The position numbers and the translations under genes were made by a program. The notes beneath the pieces were generated by a model. It did not search any database. It saw nothing but the letters and a program-made list of their open reading frames with translations, and was not told the origin of the DNA. A stretch of 64,000 nucleotides of DNA from Candidatus Oxydemutatoraceae bacterium (GTDB lineage Bacteria; Pseudomonadota; Gammaproteobacteria; Poriferisulfidales; Oxydemutatoraceae), in NCBI GenBank assembly GCA_965218975.1, contig OZ244717.1:1472001-1536000 (forward strand), read 5' to 3'. This document shows positions 53,981-64,000 of the stretch, piece after piece; the stretch's first letter is position 1; the number at the start of each line of letters is the position of its first letter.

Positions 53981-55369
53981 TCATGTGCCGTCAGTATTGT
54001 CACCGCTTATTAATCGTCTGGGATCAAGCAAGCGAATCAATTCATTTTCGGAAAGATTGGTTTCCTCACATGCAACCTCAAGCACTGGTCGTTCCTCGGT
54101 GTATGCTTTTTTAGCGATGTAAGCACCTTTTTCATAACCGATCACCCGATTCAGCGCGGTAACGAGAATCGGATTTTTCCCCAACGGCTCCGAGATACGT
54201 TTTTGATTAACGGTAAATCTCATAATGACTTTATCAGCCAGTAGATGCGCACAATTCGCTAGCAGCTGTATGCTTTGTAATAGGTTATATGCAGCTACCG
54301 GCAGCATCACATTTAATTGAAAATTGCCGCTCTGCCCCGCTACCGCGATGGTTGTATCATTACCAATTACCTGAGCACAGACCATGGCAACGGCTTCCGG
54401 AATAACCGGATTGACTTTGCCCGGCATAATACTGCTACCCGGTTGCAACGCCGGCAGATTAATTTCACCCAAACCCGCAAGCGGCCCCGAATTCATCCAA
54501 CGTAGATCATTCGCAATTTTCATCAAACTGACGGCAAGAGTACGCAATTGACCACTCATCTCAACTGCGGCATCTTGTGTACTTAACGCCTCGCACTTAT
54601 CGGGTTTAGGTTTAAAGGCCAATTGAACACATTGGCTTAACTCTTGACAGAACAATGCAGAAAAGCGCGGGTCGCAGTTAACGCCTGTCCCAACTGCCGT
54701 ACCGCCTTGCGCTAATTCCAACAGACGTGGCATAGAGGCATCAATCCGTTGCAGCGAATAATCAACCTGTGCCGCCCACGCGTTGAGTTCTTGTTCCAAT
54801 GTAACCGGCATTGCATCCATCAAATGCGTACGTCCGGTTTTCACTACATTTGAATATTCTCCGGCACGCTGATGCAATACTTGAGATAGATGGTCCAAAC
54901 CGGGTTTTAACTGTTCTTCAAGCGCAATACATGCGCTGACATGCACTGCTGTCGGTATGACATCATTTGAGCTTTGACTCATATTTACGTGGTCATTCGA
55001 ATGAATCGTCAGACCGGACTGCTTACTTGCAAGATTCGCGATTACTTCATTCATATTCATATTTGAACTTGTGCCTGAACCGGTCTGGAACACATCTACC
55101 GGAAAATGCTTATCGTATGCGCTGCTTTCAATTGAATGCGCCGCTGCAATGATTGCATCGGCAAAGTCGCCATCAAGCAAACCAATCTTTTGATTAGTTA
55201 AAGCGCAACAACGCTTGATCAACGCCAATACACGAATAAAAATTTGCGGCATTTTCAAGCCGCTGATCGGAAAATTTTCCACAGCGCGTTGGGTTTGAGC
55301 GGAATACAATGCGTCAATGGGAACTTTGATTGTTCCCATGCTGTCCTTTTCCGTGCGGAAACTAGCCAT
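53981..55369 (-). CDS. fumC: Class II fumarate hydratase
   Basis: QTGSGTSSNMN, GRTHLMDA, GSSIMPGKVNP. Confidence 0.95.
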   Translation of the reverse strand: MASFRTEKDSMGTIKVPIDALYSAQTQRAVENFPISGLKMPQIFIRVLALIKRCCALTNQKIGLLDGDFADAIIAAAHSIESSAYDKHFPVDVFQTGSGTSSNMNMNEVIANLASKQSGLTIHSNDHVNMSQSSNDVIPTAVHVSACIALEEQLKPGLDHLSQVLHQRAGEYSNVVKTGRTHLMDAMPVTLEQELNAWAAQVDYSLQRIDASMPRLLELAQGGTAVGTGVNCDPRFSALFCQELSQCVQLAFKPKPDKCEALSTQDAAVEMSGQLRTLAVSLMKIANDLRWMNSGPLAGLGEINLPALQPGSSIMPGKVNPVIPEAVAMVCAQVIGNDTTIAVAGQSGNFQLNVMLPVAAYNLLQSIQLLANCAHLLADKVIMRFTVNQKRISEPLGKNPILVTALNRVIGYEKGAYIAKKAYTEERPVLEVACEETNLSENELIRLLDPRRLISGDNTDGT

Positions 55370-55489
55370 TGAGTCTAACTTTTACTGAAATTTTTGCGGC
55401 GTTATACCTTATAATACAACACCTAGTTAGGATAGGACAAAGAATTGCATGACTCTCCGTACATTTCTATTCAGAAACAACAATAAGGC

Positions 55490-56869
55490 ATGTCATCGCT
55501 TCCGCTCTCACCGTTGACAGCCATAGCGCCTAGCGACGGACGTTATGCAAACAAAACAGAAAGCTTGCGTCGCTGGTTCAGCGAATACGGACTGATAGCG
55601 CAACGCATCGAAATTGAAATTGCATGGTTTAAGTACCTGGTCAATACAGAAACCCTTCCCGAGATTTTGCAATCGCCGACCGACATAATTCAATTTTTAG
55701 ATGAACTCCAAGAAAACTTTGACGAACAAGAAGCCTTGCGTGTAAAAGAGATAGAACAAGTGACTAAGCATGATGTTAAAGCCGTTGAATATTATTTAAG
55801 GAAATGCTTTAAGAAAAATAAGAAACATGCTCATTTAGAAAGATTTATACACTTCGCATGTACTTCCGAAGATATTAATAACCTTGCATGGGCACGGATT
55901 ATACGGCAAGCGCGAGAACAAGTTTTATTGCCGGCTTATGGAAAAATTCATGACAAATTATTAACAATGGCGCGACAATATGCCAGTTTACCAATGCTTG
56001 CATATACACATGGCCAGCCTGCTTCACCGACTACGCTTGGCAAAGAATTAATCAATGTAGTGGCACGTCTTGACCGGCAATTGCAAATATTGAAACGCTT
56101 GCCTGTTACAGGCAAATTTAACGGCGCTGTCGGGAACTATAACGCACATCATATTGCATACCCCGAAGCCGATTGGCAGAAAATAAGCATAGCATTCATA
56201 AAAAGTTTAGGGCTCGAACCGATAACTTACACGACACAGATTGAGCCACACGATACACTTGCCGAGATTCTCAATAGCATCGCTCGCAATAATCAAATTT
56301 TACTAGATTTATGCCGGGATATTTGGGGGTATATTGCTTTGCGTTTATTTACCCAAAAGATTCAAACCGAAGAGACCGGCTCCTCAACTATGCCGCATAA
56401 AGTCAATCCGATAGACTTTGAAAATGCCGAAGGCAACATTGGTATTGCAAACGCAATCGCCGCACATTTGGCAGAAAAGTTACCGATATCGCGCTGGCAA
56501 CGCGACCTATCCGATTCGACCGCATTACGTACGCTCGGATTAGTATTTGCCCATACATTGATCGCACTTGAATCACTAAACAAAGGGCTAGAAAAAATTA
56601 AACCGAATACAAAGCGGTTACAAGAAGAACTTGATCAACATTGGGAAGTTTTGACAGAAGCAATTCAGACAGTTATGCGTCGCTATAATATCGACAATGG
56701 TTATGAGCGGCTAAAAGAATTAACTCGCGGTAAAAGCATTACAAAAAACGACTTGCATGTGCTGCTGGAAACTTTGGATTTACCTTCCGAAGTTCGGAAA
56801 GGGCTGAAAAAATTAACACCTGCCGACTATATCGGACTTGCCGAGGAAATGACTAAAGCATACCGATAG
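55490..56869 (+). CDS. purB: Adenylosuccinate lyase
   Basis: DGRY, HDVKAVEY, TSEDINN, GSSTMPHKVNPIDFEN. Confidence 0.97.
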   Translation: MSSLPLSPLTAIAPSDGRYANKTESLRRWFSEYGLIAQRIEIEIAWFKYLVNTETLPEILQSPTDIIQFLDELQENFDEQEALRVKEIEQVTKHDVKAVEYYLRKCFKKNKKHAHLERFIHFACTSEDINNLAWARIIRQAREQVLLPAYGKIHDKLLTMARQYASLPMLAYTHGQPASPTTLGKELINVVARLDRQLQILKRLPVTGKFNGAVGNYNAHHIAYPEADWQKISIAFIKSLGLEPITYTTQIEPHDTLAEILNSIARNNQILLDLCRDIWGYIALRLFTQKIQTEETGSSTMPHKVNPIDFENAEGNIGIANAIAAHLAEKLPISRWQRDLSDSTALRTLGLVFAHTLIALESLNKGLEKIKPNTKRLQEELDQHWEVLTEAIQTVMRRYNIDNGYERLKELTRGKSITKNDLHVLLETLDLPSEVRKGLKKLTPADYIGLAEEMTKAYR

Positions 56870-56898
56870 CCAATTTTTTTGATTAGCATCAAGCTTTT

Positions 56899-57942
56899 TT
56901 ATTCATTCAAGAGTTCAAGAATTTCTTTTGTGCTATTAGTTAAGGCATTATACGACGCATCGGGCATTTCGTAGATACGGTTCTCAGTTAATACTGCAAT
57001 TTGCCGAGCTTTTTCCTTTGCTTCCATAGTTGCATCATCAGCGCTAGTTGCCGTAATTTCAAACAGATCTTTTTCTAAGCGCTGATACGCATCAATTGTA
57101 ATTATCATCTTATCGAGTGTCGTATATTCGGCGACTATCGGCTCGCTTGGAGGTGTGCTTTTTTTACTTTCGGCGGAAGCAAATATGCTTTCTTTAGACC
57201 ACAGTTGCTTGAATTTCATATAGTCCACTACCGATACGAATTGATTAATACGAAAATTTACGTCACTTTCGGGTAATTCCTTTTTATCATTAGAATCATG
57301 CTTCAGCTGTAACTTGTCTGATGAATTGTCACGTATTATTTCAAATAATTTACCGCTGGATTGATCATTGATTTTGATTTGCAGAATATCTTCACGTTCG
57401 AGATGAAGAATTTGGGTATCCAGCCATTCATTCAATATCTTGCTGACATTGAAACGGCGGTTTATCAGCCAACTTTCATCTTCATCAAGTTTGCGCACAT
57501 ACTGTCCTTGACTTAGCTGGGAACTAAAATTACCCAGAATTAAATCATAATGGAAGGCATCGGCGGTAAGCGAGACCAGAGTATTACTTGCCTTAGAGTT
57601 TTTCGGATCATCTACGCCAAGGCGAGTGTAATAAGCGGAATCGGAAGTTTTCTTTTCCAATTTTTCAGCCTCAAGAAATGTCCTAAGCAATTGACGAATT
57701 TTCGTTCCGTCGGCAGGGTAGCCATCTAGTTGAGGAAGAATCCAACCACGCGCCGCATCACGTGTCAACTCGATATTTTCTTGGTTTGATTGCACATTAA
57801 CCTTTGTAACCTGATTTAGCTTTTCAAGATTAAGTTCGGGAAATAAAACCCGGCTTTCTACTTTCTTCTCCTTGGGCAGAAGAACAATAACCGCAGCGAT
57901 GATTGCGATTAAAGCGAGCGCTCCGAGGATTTTCAGATTCAT
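56899..57942 (-). CDS. DUF4340 domain protein
   Basis: N-terminal TM, GYPAD, LG....YVR; last gene of a Gld-like ABC operon. Confidence 0.75.
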   Translation of the reverse strand: MNLKILGALALIAIIAAVIVLLPKEKKVESRVLFPELNLEKLNQVTKVNVQSNQENIELTRDAARGWILPQLDGYPADGTKIRQLLRTFLEAEKLEKKTSDSAYYTRLGVDDPKNSKASNTLVSLTADAFHYDLILGNFSSQLSQGQYVRKLDEDESWLINRRFNVSKILNEWLDTQILHLEREDILQIKINDQSSGKLFEIIRDNSSDKLQLKHDSNDKKELPESDVNFRINQFVSVVDYMKFKQLWSKESIFASAESKKSTPPSEPIVAEYTTLDKMIITIDAYQRLEKDLFEITATSADDATMEAKEKARQIAVLTENRIYEMPDASYNALTNSTKEILELLNE

Positions 57943-59852
57943 GCTGCGCTTATCTCCTTATATTGATTACGTACTCGCAAGAATCCCAAAATCGCGGCAA
58001 TCAGCATCACCAGCAAAGGAACTAGGCCGATGTTAATAATTTTCAATGTCGTGCCTAAATTTTCAATATCCTCATTTTGCTGATGCAGCACATGACGTAA
58101 TTGCTTGCGCACTTTAATCTTTTTCTGTCGCGCGTTATTCAATTCCCGTTGCTGCTCTTGAGTTAATAAAGCGCTTTGTTTGTCTGCTTTTTCTTTTTGC
58201 AACTCACGTAATCTAGCTTCAATTTGGTTCAGTTCTTTTTGCAATTGTTCGGCAGTTTCTCGATATTTTTGATCGGCTTCGGTTTCAATTTTGTCAATCC
58301 GAGTAAACGGTCGAGAGTAGCTTGCGCGGCTGCGAATATTGATCAGATTAGTATCTCCAAAAAGACTTTCAAGTAAATTAACAACAAAATCGCCATTGCC
58401 GGCAAGCGGTTGTACAATGCGTCGACCAAAGAAATTTTGCACTCGAACCCACATAGAGTCGGTTAACAAATCCGTATCGGCAATGACTACTAACTCAGCC
58501 TGATTTTTTGTCGCGGCAAGATGTGCGCGAGGCTCCGGAGCATCGGATTCATTTTCATCGTCGTTCTGCGGCGCTTGCGTAAACGCACTTTTAAGTTTAC
58601 CGCGAACTCGAGCCGCAAGAATATATTTCTCCCCGGTCGCTTTAAATCCTCGCTGTAATATGTCAGGGTTCGCCATAAACCGAAATTGCTGCAGCGGAAT
58701 CGGCATTGAATTTTTGGAAGTGGTAATCAAAGGATCAATCTTAACGGCAGCATCCTCCGGATTATTAGCTTTAATATACGAGGACATGCCGAAGTTCACC
58801 GATTGCAAGCCTGACATTGCGGCATCGTCAATATCAAAATCTTGCTGTTTTGTTCCGACCATTGCGATATGACGGACAATACTGCCGGTACTTAAGCTAG
58901 CTTTTAATGCTCGTTTACGATCGCCAATGACTGAATTTTCATCGACACTGAATCCCCAAGAATCAAATAAACGATTTAACGAAGAACTTTTGGCATGGGA
59001 ATCTTGTAGCGGTTGATTTTCCGGGATCGGTAGAAATTCAGCATTGGCAAACGGGTCGACAAAAAATAAACCCCTCCCCCCGCGCATAATAAACTGATCA
59101 ATCGCATACAGCGTACTGTCTCCAAGATTTTTCGGATGGACTACCATTAAAACATCAATTTCTTCTTCAATCTCAGTCGCGTCACTGAGTACCAAGCGAA
59201 CGTCAAATAACTTTTCAATTTGTTCGGTAATCACCCACGAGTTATTCATTCTTCCGGTCTGCGGGTCTATTTGAGTCGGATACATACTCAGCGTCGTCAT
59301 GATACCCATTACCGGCTTTTTTAGCCGAGTCAAGCTATAAATTAATTGCCCGAGCTCATATTCCAGAAATATTTCCTTATTGGACTGGAAAAATGGAATG
59401 ACTTCGACGTCATCGACAATGTTTGTTCCGGCAAGACCAAAGTACAAAGTCTCGTCGCCAACCGACACCGCTTGTATACCCACCTGCGTAGCGCGGTCTT
59501 CATCTTCGGAGAAAGGTTCCGGGTCAATGTAGGAAATCTTTAGCATATCATTTGAACGCAAACGATATTCTTCCAGCATCTCTTTTACTCGTACATGATG
59601 GTTTCTAATTTGCGGGTAGTCCCGCGAGGCTTTTTCCGAAAAAAATAAATATAGATTAATCGGCTGTTTGATATCAGCCAAAATATTGCGCGTTCCTTCG
59701 GAAAGAGTATAAAGATTCTTCTCGGTTAAATCTAAACGCACATTTCGAAATATGGAATTATTGATCACAACCAACGCAATAAATAATATTGCCAGCACCA
59801 AAAATGAAATGCCTTTTGACAGACGGGAAGTATTCAATCCAAGTTTTGCCAC
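57939..59852 (-). CDS. GldG-like ABC auxiliary component
   Basis: RLDLT...YTLS.GT, DPEPFS, IDQF.M.GG, ADTD.L, C-terminal coiled coil plus TM. Confidence 0.88.
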   Translation of the reverse strand: MAKLGLNTSRLSKGISFLVLAILFIALVVINNSIFRNVRLDLTEKNLYTLSEGTRNILADIKQPINLYLFFSEKASRDYPQIRNHHVRVKEMLEEYRLRSNDMLKISYIDPEPFSEDEDRATQVGIQAVSVGDETLYFGLAGTNIVDDVEVIPFFQSNKEIFLEYELGQLIYSLTRLKKPVMGIMTTLSMYPTQIDPQTGRMNNSWVITEQIEKLFDVRLVLSDATEIEEEIDVLMVVHPKNLGDSTLYAIDQFIMRGGRGLFFVDPFANAEFLPIPENQPLQDSHAKSSSLNRLFDSWGFSVDENSVIGDRKRALKASLSTGSIVRHIAMVGTKQQDFDIDDAAMSGLQSVNFGMSSYIKANNPEDAAVKIDPLITTSKNSMPIPLQQFRFMANPDILQRGFKATGEKYILAARVRGKLKSAFTQAPQNDDENESDAPEPRAHLAATKNQAELVVIADTDLLTDSMWVRVQNFFGRRIVQPLAGNGDFVVNLLESLFGDTNLINIRSRASYSRPFTRIDKIETEADQKYRETAEQLQKELNQIEARLRELQKEKADKQSALLTQEQQRELNNARQKKIKVRKQLRHVLHQQNEDIENLGTTLKIINIGLVPLLVMLIAAILGFLRVRNQYKEISAA

Positions 59853-59871
59853 TTAGTAAATCTCCTTCGCG

Positions 59872-60606
59872 CTATTCGGCTTTTTTCATTTCAAGCACAA
59901 TTGCGTTGGCGACCAACCAGACTACAATTATCAGCACAAAAAATATTATGTCATGCAAAGCCAACACGCCTTTGCTAATTGAAGCAAAGTGAGTAAAAAA
60001 GCTCAATGAAGCAATCGCATCAACTAAAATTTGCGGCAGCCAATTCCGAAAAGCGTCTAACACAATGGGGAAACTGCTCAGTAAGAATAGAAAGCAAATT
60101 ACAATGCTAATGATAAACGCAATGACTTGATTTTTAGTTGTAGCGGAAATGCATGAACCGATCGCAAGGAATCCTCCTGCCATCAATAAGCTGCCTAGAT
60201 ACGCAGCTAAAATAGCGCCATTGTCAGGTTCGCCAAGATAATTGACGGTAATCCATATTGGAAAAGTCAGCAGTAGCGCGATTGCAATAAACAACCAGGC
60301 GGCAAAAAATTTTCCGAGTACGGCTTGTATCGTTGTAATCGGCAGCGTCATTAATAATTCCAAGCTACCGGTTTTACGTTCCTCAGCCCATAAGCGCATT
60401 GAAATTGCCGGTACTAAAAATAGATAAAGCCAAGGATGAAAATTAAAAAAGGAACCGAGGTTTGCTTGCCGGTTCTCATAAAAATTGCCTAAATAGAAAG
60501 TAAACGTCATGCTAAGCGCTAGAAAAATCACAATGAATACATAGGCAAGCGGCGTTGCAAAATAGCTGCTTAATTCACGCCGAAAAATAACCAATATGGC
60601 ATTCAT
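59872..60606 (-). CDS. GldF-like ABC permease
   Basis: REL.SYF.TP.AY, MRLWAEERKTG.LELL.T.P, T.NQV.AF. Confidence 0.9.
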   Translation of the reverse strand: MNAILVIFRRELSSYFATPLAYVFIVIFLALSMTFTFYLGNFYENRQANLGSFFNFHPWLYLFLVPAISMRLWAEERKTGSLELLMTLPITTIQAVLGKFFAAWLFIAIALLLTFPIWITVNYLGEPDNGAILAAYLGSLLMAGGFLAIGSCISATTKNQVIAFIISIVICFLFLLSSFPIVLDAFRNWLPQILVDAIASLSFFTHFASISKGVLALHDIIFFVLIIVVWLVANAIVLEMKKAE

Positions 60607-61532
60607 GCCATGCTTCCTTGCGTGATAGTGCGAAATACTTCATCTAGTTTGCCATATTCGCTCTGTATATTACTAATATTCCATTGTTTTTCTTTTGCCA
60701 TCCGACTTATTTTCGGATATAAGGGTTGCCGCCCTTTGGATACAACTATAATGTTTCCGGTCAAATGACGCTCAACCGCCTCAACTTCCGGTAATTGTTC
60801 TAATTGCTGAACAATATCTTCATCACCTTCTTTAATTTGCAAGCTTACCCCATTATGATATCGCGATCTCTCAAGTAGATTTGCGGGAGTCTCATCAATC
60901 AATAAACATCCTTCGGCAATAATCATCGCACGGCTACATACCGCACTGACCTCCTCTAGGATATGGGTTGAAATGATGACAATCTTATCTTTTGTTAGAG
61001 AGGTAATTAACTGACGTACCTGATGCTTTTGGTTTGGGTCCAAACCATCGGTCGGCTCGTCCATGATTAGAACTTTAGGATCGTGGATCATTGCTTGCGC
61101 AAGGCCAACACGTCTTTTAAATCCTTTAGATAAAGTTTCAATCGATTGAAGCAACACTTTATGCAATTCTAGTTTTTCGACGACGTTGTCAAACCCTTTT
61201 TTGGCATCCGTTGAATTTAGCCGACGGATCTTAGTAACAAATTTTAAAAACTCCCGCACACTCATCTCACCGTAGACAGGCGCTCCTTCGGGCAAGTATC
61301 CGATGATCGATTTGGCTTGAACCGCTTGTTTTGTGATGTCCCAATCACAAATTTGCACGCTGCCCTCACTTGGTTCCAAAAAACCGGTCAGCATTTTCAT
61401 AGTCGTCGACTTTCCGGCGCCATTCGGACCGAGAAAGCCGAGCACTTCCCCTTCTTCTACCGAAAAACTTAACTGGTCAACCGCAAGGCAAGACCCGAAA
61501 CGTTTGCTTAGATTTTCAACAGCGATACTCAT
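60603..61532 (-). CDS. GldA-like ABC ATP-binding protein
   Basis: GPNGAGKST, LSKGFKRR, DEPTDGLDPNQ. Confidence 0.92.
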   Translation of the reverse strand: MSIAVENLSKRFGSCLAVDQLSFSVEEGEVLGFLGPNGAGKSTTMKMLTGFLEPSEGSVQICDWDITKQAVQAKSIIGYLPEGAPVYGEMSVREFLKFVTKIRRLNSTDAKKGFDNVVEKLELHKVLLQSIETLSKGFKRRVGLAQAMIHDPKVLIMDEPTDGLDPNQKHQVRQLITSLTKDKIVIISTHILEEVSAVCSRAMIIAEGCLLIDETPANLLERSRYHNGVSLQIKEGDEDIVQQLEQLPEVEAVERHLTGNIIVVSKGRQPLYPKISRMAKEKQWNISNIQSEYGKLDEVFRTITQGSMA

Positions 61533-61612
61533 AGTTGTTTACACAAAGCCATATTTCTAGTGACCTTGCCATTTTTAGCGGCTTTTATCGTTAGAAACTT
61601 TTCAAAAAGACG

Positions 61613-62398
61613 TTATTTTAATAATTTTTTAGCAACTTGCAAATCCTTTTCGCAGTTAATCCCTAAAGCAATTTTAGTCGTTGCATCACCGACATGAATT
61701 CTATCCCCGTGCACCAGCGCCCGCAACTGTTCAAGCGATTCCACACGCTCGGGAATTGTTTGAGGCAACGCGGTAAAACGCGCCAAATAAGCGCAACGGT
61801 AGGCGTAAATACCAAGGTGATGATAATATAGACAAGTATCCTTTATTCCATCGCTAAAATCTTCATATCCTCTCGCATTATTCACATAATAAGGAATCGC
61901 CGCACGACTGAAATATAACGCGAAATTCTGTCGATCTCGCACTACCTTAACAATATTCGGATCGTTAACATTTTCCCGTGTCAGAGGCAAAGTTAAAGTT
62001 GCAATTTCAGCGCCGCTTGCAGCTAAATCATCGGCAACACGCCGTACGTCGTCGGCGGCAATAAACGGCTCATCGCCTTGTATATTTACGACAATGCATT
62101 CATCTTCCCATGCCAATGCTTTGACAGTTTCAGCGATACGATCAGTCCCGGTAGAATGGGCCAAAGCGGTAACATAAACATTACCGCCGAAAGCATGCAC
62201 ACAATCCGCAACTTGTGAAGCATCGGTTGCGACGATGACTTGTTCGGCGCCACTGCTCACAGCATTCTGGTAAACATGTTCAATTAAGGTTTTATCAGTT
62301 AGTTTCAGCAGAGGCTTGTTCGGCAGACGCCGCGATCCTATATGTGCCGGTATCACGACGCGAAATTCATTTACTCTGCCGCTCTTTGTAAGACTCAT
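61613..62398 (-). CDS. kdsB: CMP-KDO synthetase
   Basis: S.RLP.KPL, GTDR, QGDEP, ALYFSR, ESLEQLR; follows ycaR. Confidence 0.93.
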   Translation of the reverse strand: MSLTKSGRVNEFRVVIPAHIGSRRLPNKPLLKLTDKTLIEHVYQNAVSSGAEQVIVATDASQVADCVHAFGGNVYVTALAHSTGTDRIAETVKALAWEDECIVVNIQGDEPFIAADDVRRVADDLAASGAEIATLTLPLTRENVNDPNIVKVVRDRQNFALYFSRAAIPYYVNNARGYEDFSDGIKDTCLYYHHLGIYAYRCAYLARFTALPQTIPERVESLEQLRALVHGDRIHVGDATTKIALGINCEKDLQVAKKLLK

Positions 62399-62573
62399 AT
62401 TCTTCTAATGAAATTGTTCGCGCTTCGCTTTCCAACATAACCGGAATGTCATCATGAATCGGATATGCAAGCTTTGCCGATAATGAAATGAGTTCCTGTT
62501 TTTCAGCATCATAGATAAGCTTGCCTTTGCTGACAGGGCAAACAAGGATATCTAAAAGCGTTTGTTTAATCAT
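62367..62573 (-). CDS. ycaR: Trm112/YcaR family protein
   Basis: [22 protein letters not shown]. Confidence 0.92.
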   Translation of the reverse strand: MIKQTLLDILVCPVSKGKLIYDAEKQELISLSAKLAYPIHDDIPVMLESEARTISLEEYESYKERQSK

Positions 62574-63652
62574 TGAAGTCTACGTATTTTTTCAATCAAT
62601 TGATCAATAGAAGCTTGCTCATGTCTTAACATAAACTCTGTTTGCAATGCCCACATCCGTTGATTTGCAAACGCAGCGCATTTTACCGCATCTTTCTCGG
62701 TCATAATAATGGGTAACCGCATAGAAAGCTCAAAATCTTCCTCAGTAAAAAGATAATGGTCATAAAAAGCTTGCGGCAATACCTCAATTTTCAACTGATT
62801 TAGTCCGTCAAAAAAGGCTGCAGGGTTCCCGATTGCGGTATAAGCGTATGCGCGATGATGAGCAAAAGCCGTTATCGGCACTTCGATATCCAAAGCGATA
62901 TTTTTAAATTTTTTAAAAATTCGCGTGGCAATCCACGGCGTTGATAATGCACTGAATTGCTGTATGAGAGCGTTTATATCATCAGTACCGGTCGCATTAT
63001 TAACCACGATGAAATCCACCTCCGATAAACGACTTTTAGGTTCACGTAATGGCCCCGCCGGCAACAATATTCCATTTCCGAACCATTGCCAATTATCGAC
63101 GACAGCGATTTCAATATCGCGCGGCATCGTATAGTGCTGCAAACCATCATCGGATAAAATAACACTTACATCGCTACGTTGCGAAAGCATCTCTACTCCG
63201 CGTTGCCGCGCTGCGGATATCACTACAGGCGCTTGTGTCTTTTGCATCAGTAACAACGGTTCATCACCAACTTCTAACGGGTCATCTTCATCCGTTACAA
63301 GATAAGGCGTCTTTTTTCTTTGTCCGCCATAACCGCGTGTAACGATCCCCGGTCGATACCCGCGCGCTTGCAGACACTTAGCTAATGTAATGACTAAAGG
63401 AGTTTTACCAGTACCGCCGACTGTAATGTTGCCGACAACGATAACCGGGACATCCCGGCGCACGGATTTACTGCGATATCGTTTTACCGCTTGCGTTAAA
63501 AAAAGACGTCGTAACCGAATGATTAAATAATAGAACGGAACAAAGATCATTAGAAAAAATTTAAACCGATGCGCCTTCTGATACCAAACTTTCCGCACCG
63601 TACCGTTGAGTCCTTTTAACAACAATCGCCAACAAACTTTCACCAACCCCAT
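62570..63652 (-). CDS. lpxK: Tetraacyldisaccharide 4'-kinase
   Basis: [33 protein letters not shown]. Confidence 0.96.
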   Translation of the reverse strand: MGLVKVCWRLLLKGLNGTVRKVWYQKAHRFKFFLMIFVPFYYLIIRLRRLFLTQAVKRYRSKSVRRDVPVIVVGNITVGGTGKTPLVITLAKCLQARGYRPGIVTRGYGGQRKKTPYLVTDEDDPLEVGDEPLLLMQKTQAPVVISAARQRGVEMLSQRSDVSVILSDDGLQHYTMPRDIEIAVVDNWQWFGNGILLPAGPLREPKSRLSEVDFIVVNNATGTDDINALIQQFSALSTPWIATRIFKKFKNIALDIEVPITAFAHHRAYAYTAIGNPAAFFDGLNQLKIEVLPQAFYDHYLFTEEDFELSMRLPIIMTEKDAVKCAAFANQRMWALQTEFMLRHEQASIDQLIEKIRRLQ

Positions 63653-63660
63653 GAAATCAT

Positions 63661-64000
63661 CTACTCCGTGATAAATTTTTCCGCACCATCGTTACAATAT
63701 AAATTCCGATATTCTCCCTGCTTTATTAATAATTCTTCATGAGTACCTTGCTCAATAATTTGCCCGTTCTTAAGGACAATAATACGATGAGCAAGTCTCG
63801 TCACAGTAAAGCGGTGAGTAATAATAATCGCAGTACGTCCCGCAATCGCCTTACACAAGGCTTCGCGAATATGATATTCGGTCAGTTTGTCTAATGCGGA
63901 GGTAATTTCATCAAAAATTAAAATCGGTAAATCCTTTAGCAAAGTGCGCGCTAAAACCAAACGTTGAACTTGTCCGTTGGACAGGGTAGCGTTGCTAATA
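63661..64000 (-). CDS. msbA: Lipid A flippase MsbA, 3' part (begins beyond the window end)
   Basis: ABC C-terminus LSNGQ..R..LAR, DEITSALD, GTH.EL; directly upstream of lpxK. Confidence 0.8.
   Translation of the reverse strand, partial: ISNATLSNGQVQRLVLARTLLKDLPILIFDEITSALDKLTEYHIREALCKAIAGRTAIIITHRFTVTRLAHRIIVLKNGQIIEQGTHEELLIKQGEYRNLYCNDGAEKFITE

Overview
Core chromosomal segment of a moderately AT-rich Gammaproteobacterium (standard genetic code; GC roughly low-40s % by eye). Housekeeping content in order: partial AddA/RecB-type helicase, parE-[HAD hydrolase]-parC-htpX, efp, psd, aroC, aat/trxB/ftsK/lolA, ygfZ, sdhCDAB-sdhE-ygfX, mdh, nagZ, mscS, tRNA-Ala(GGC), tRNA-Glu(TTC), yadGH, Lpp-like lipoprotein with an L,D-transpeptidase, the fabD-fabG-acpP-fabF-pabC-mltG-tmk-holB run, infA, clpSA, nudJ-mnmA, acnA, fumC, purB, a GldAFG-like ABC system, and msbA-lpxK-ycaR-kdsB. 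Accessory DNA sits between about 24.6 and 36 kb. It comprises three decayed IS481-family elements from two subfamilies, a collapsed island bounded by a direct repeat of the tRNA-Ala 3' end, and an internally deleted FAH-family gene. The most unusual signal is a roughly 200-bp hairpin-rich non-coding element. All four of its copies here are fused to IS481 transposase sequence in the same relative orientation, and three begin at a CAGG that the target appears to share. Other notable items are an unannotated 56-aa two-TM protein coupled to ygfZ, a Met-rich Braun-lipoprotein-like protein, ParC with Met at the Ser80 quinolone position, eroded motifs in several essential enzymes, and an apparent CCGG excess. 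No CRISPR array, rRNA or intact prophage was seen. All calls come from motif recognition by eye; no searches were run.
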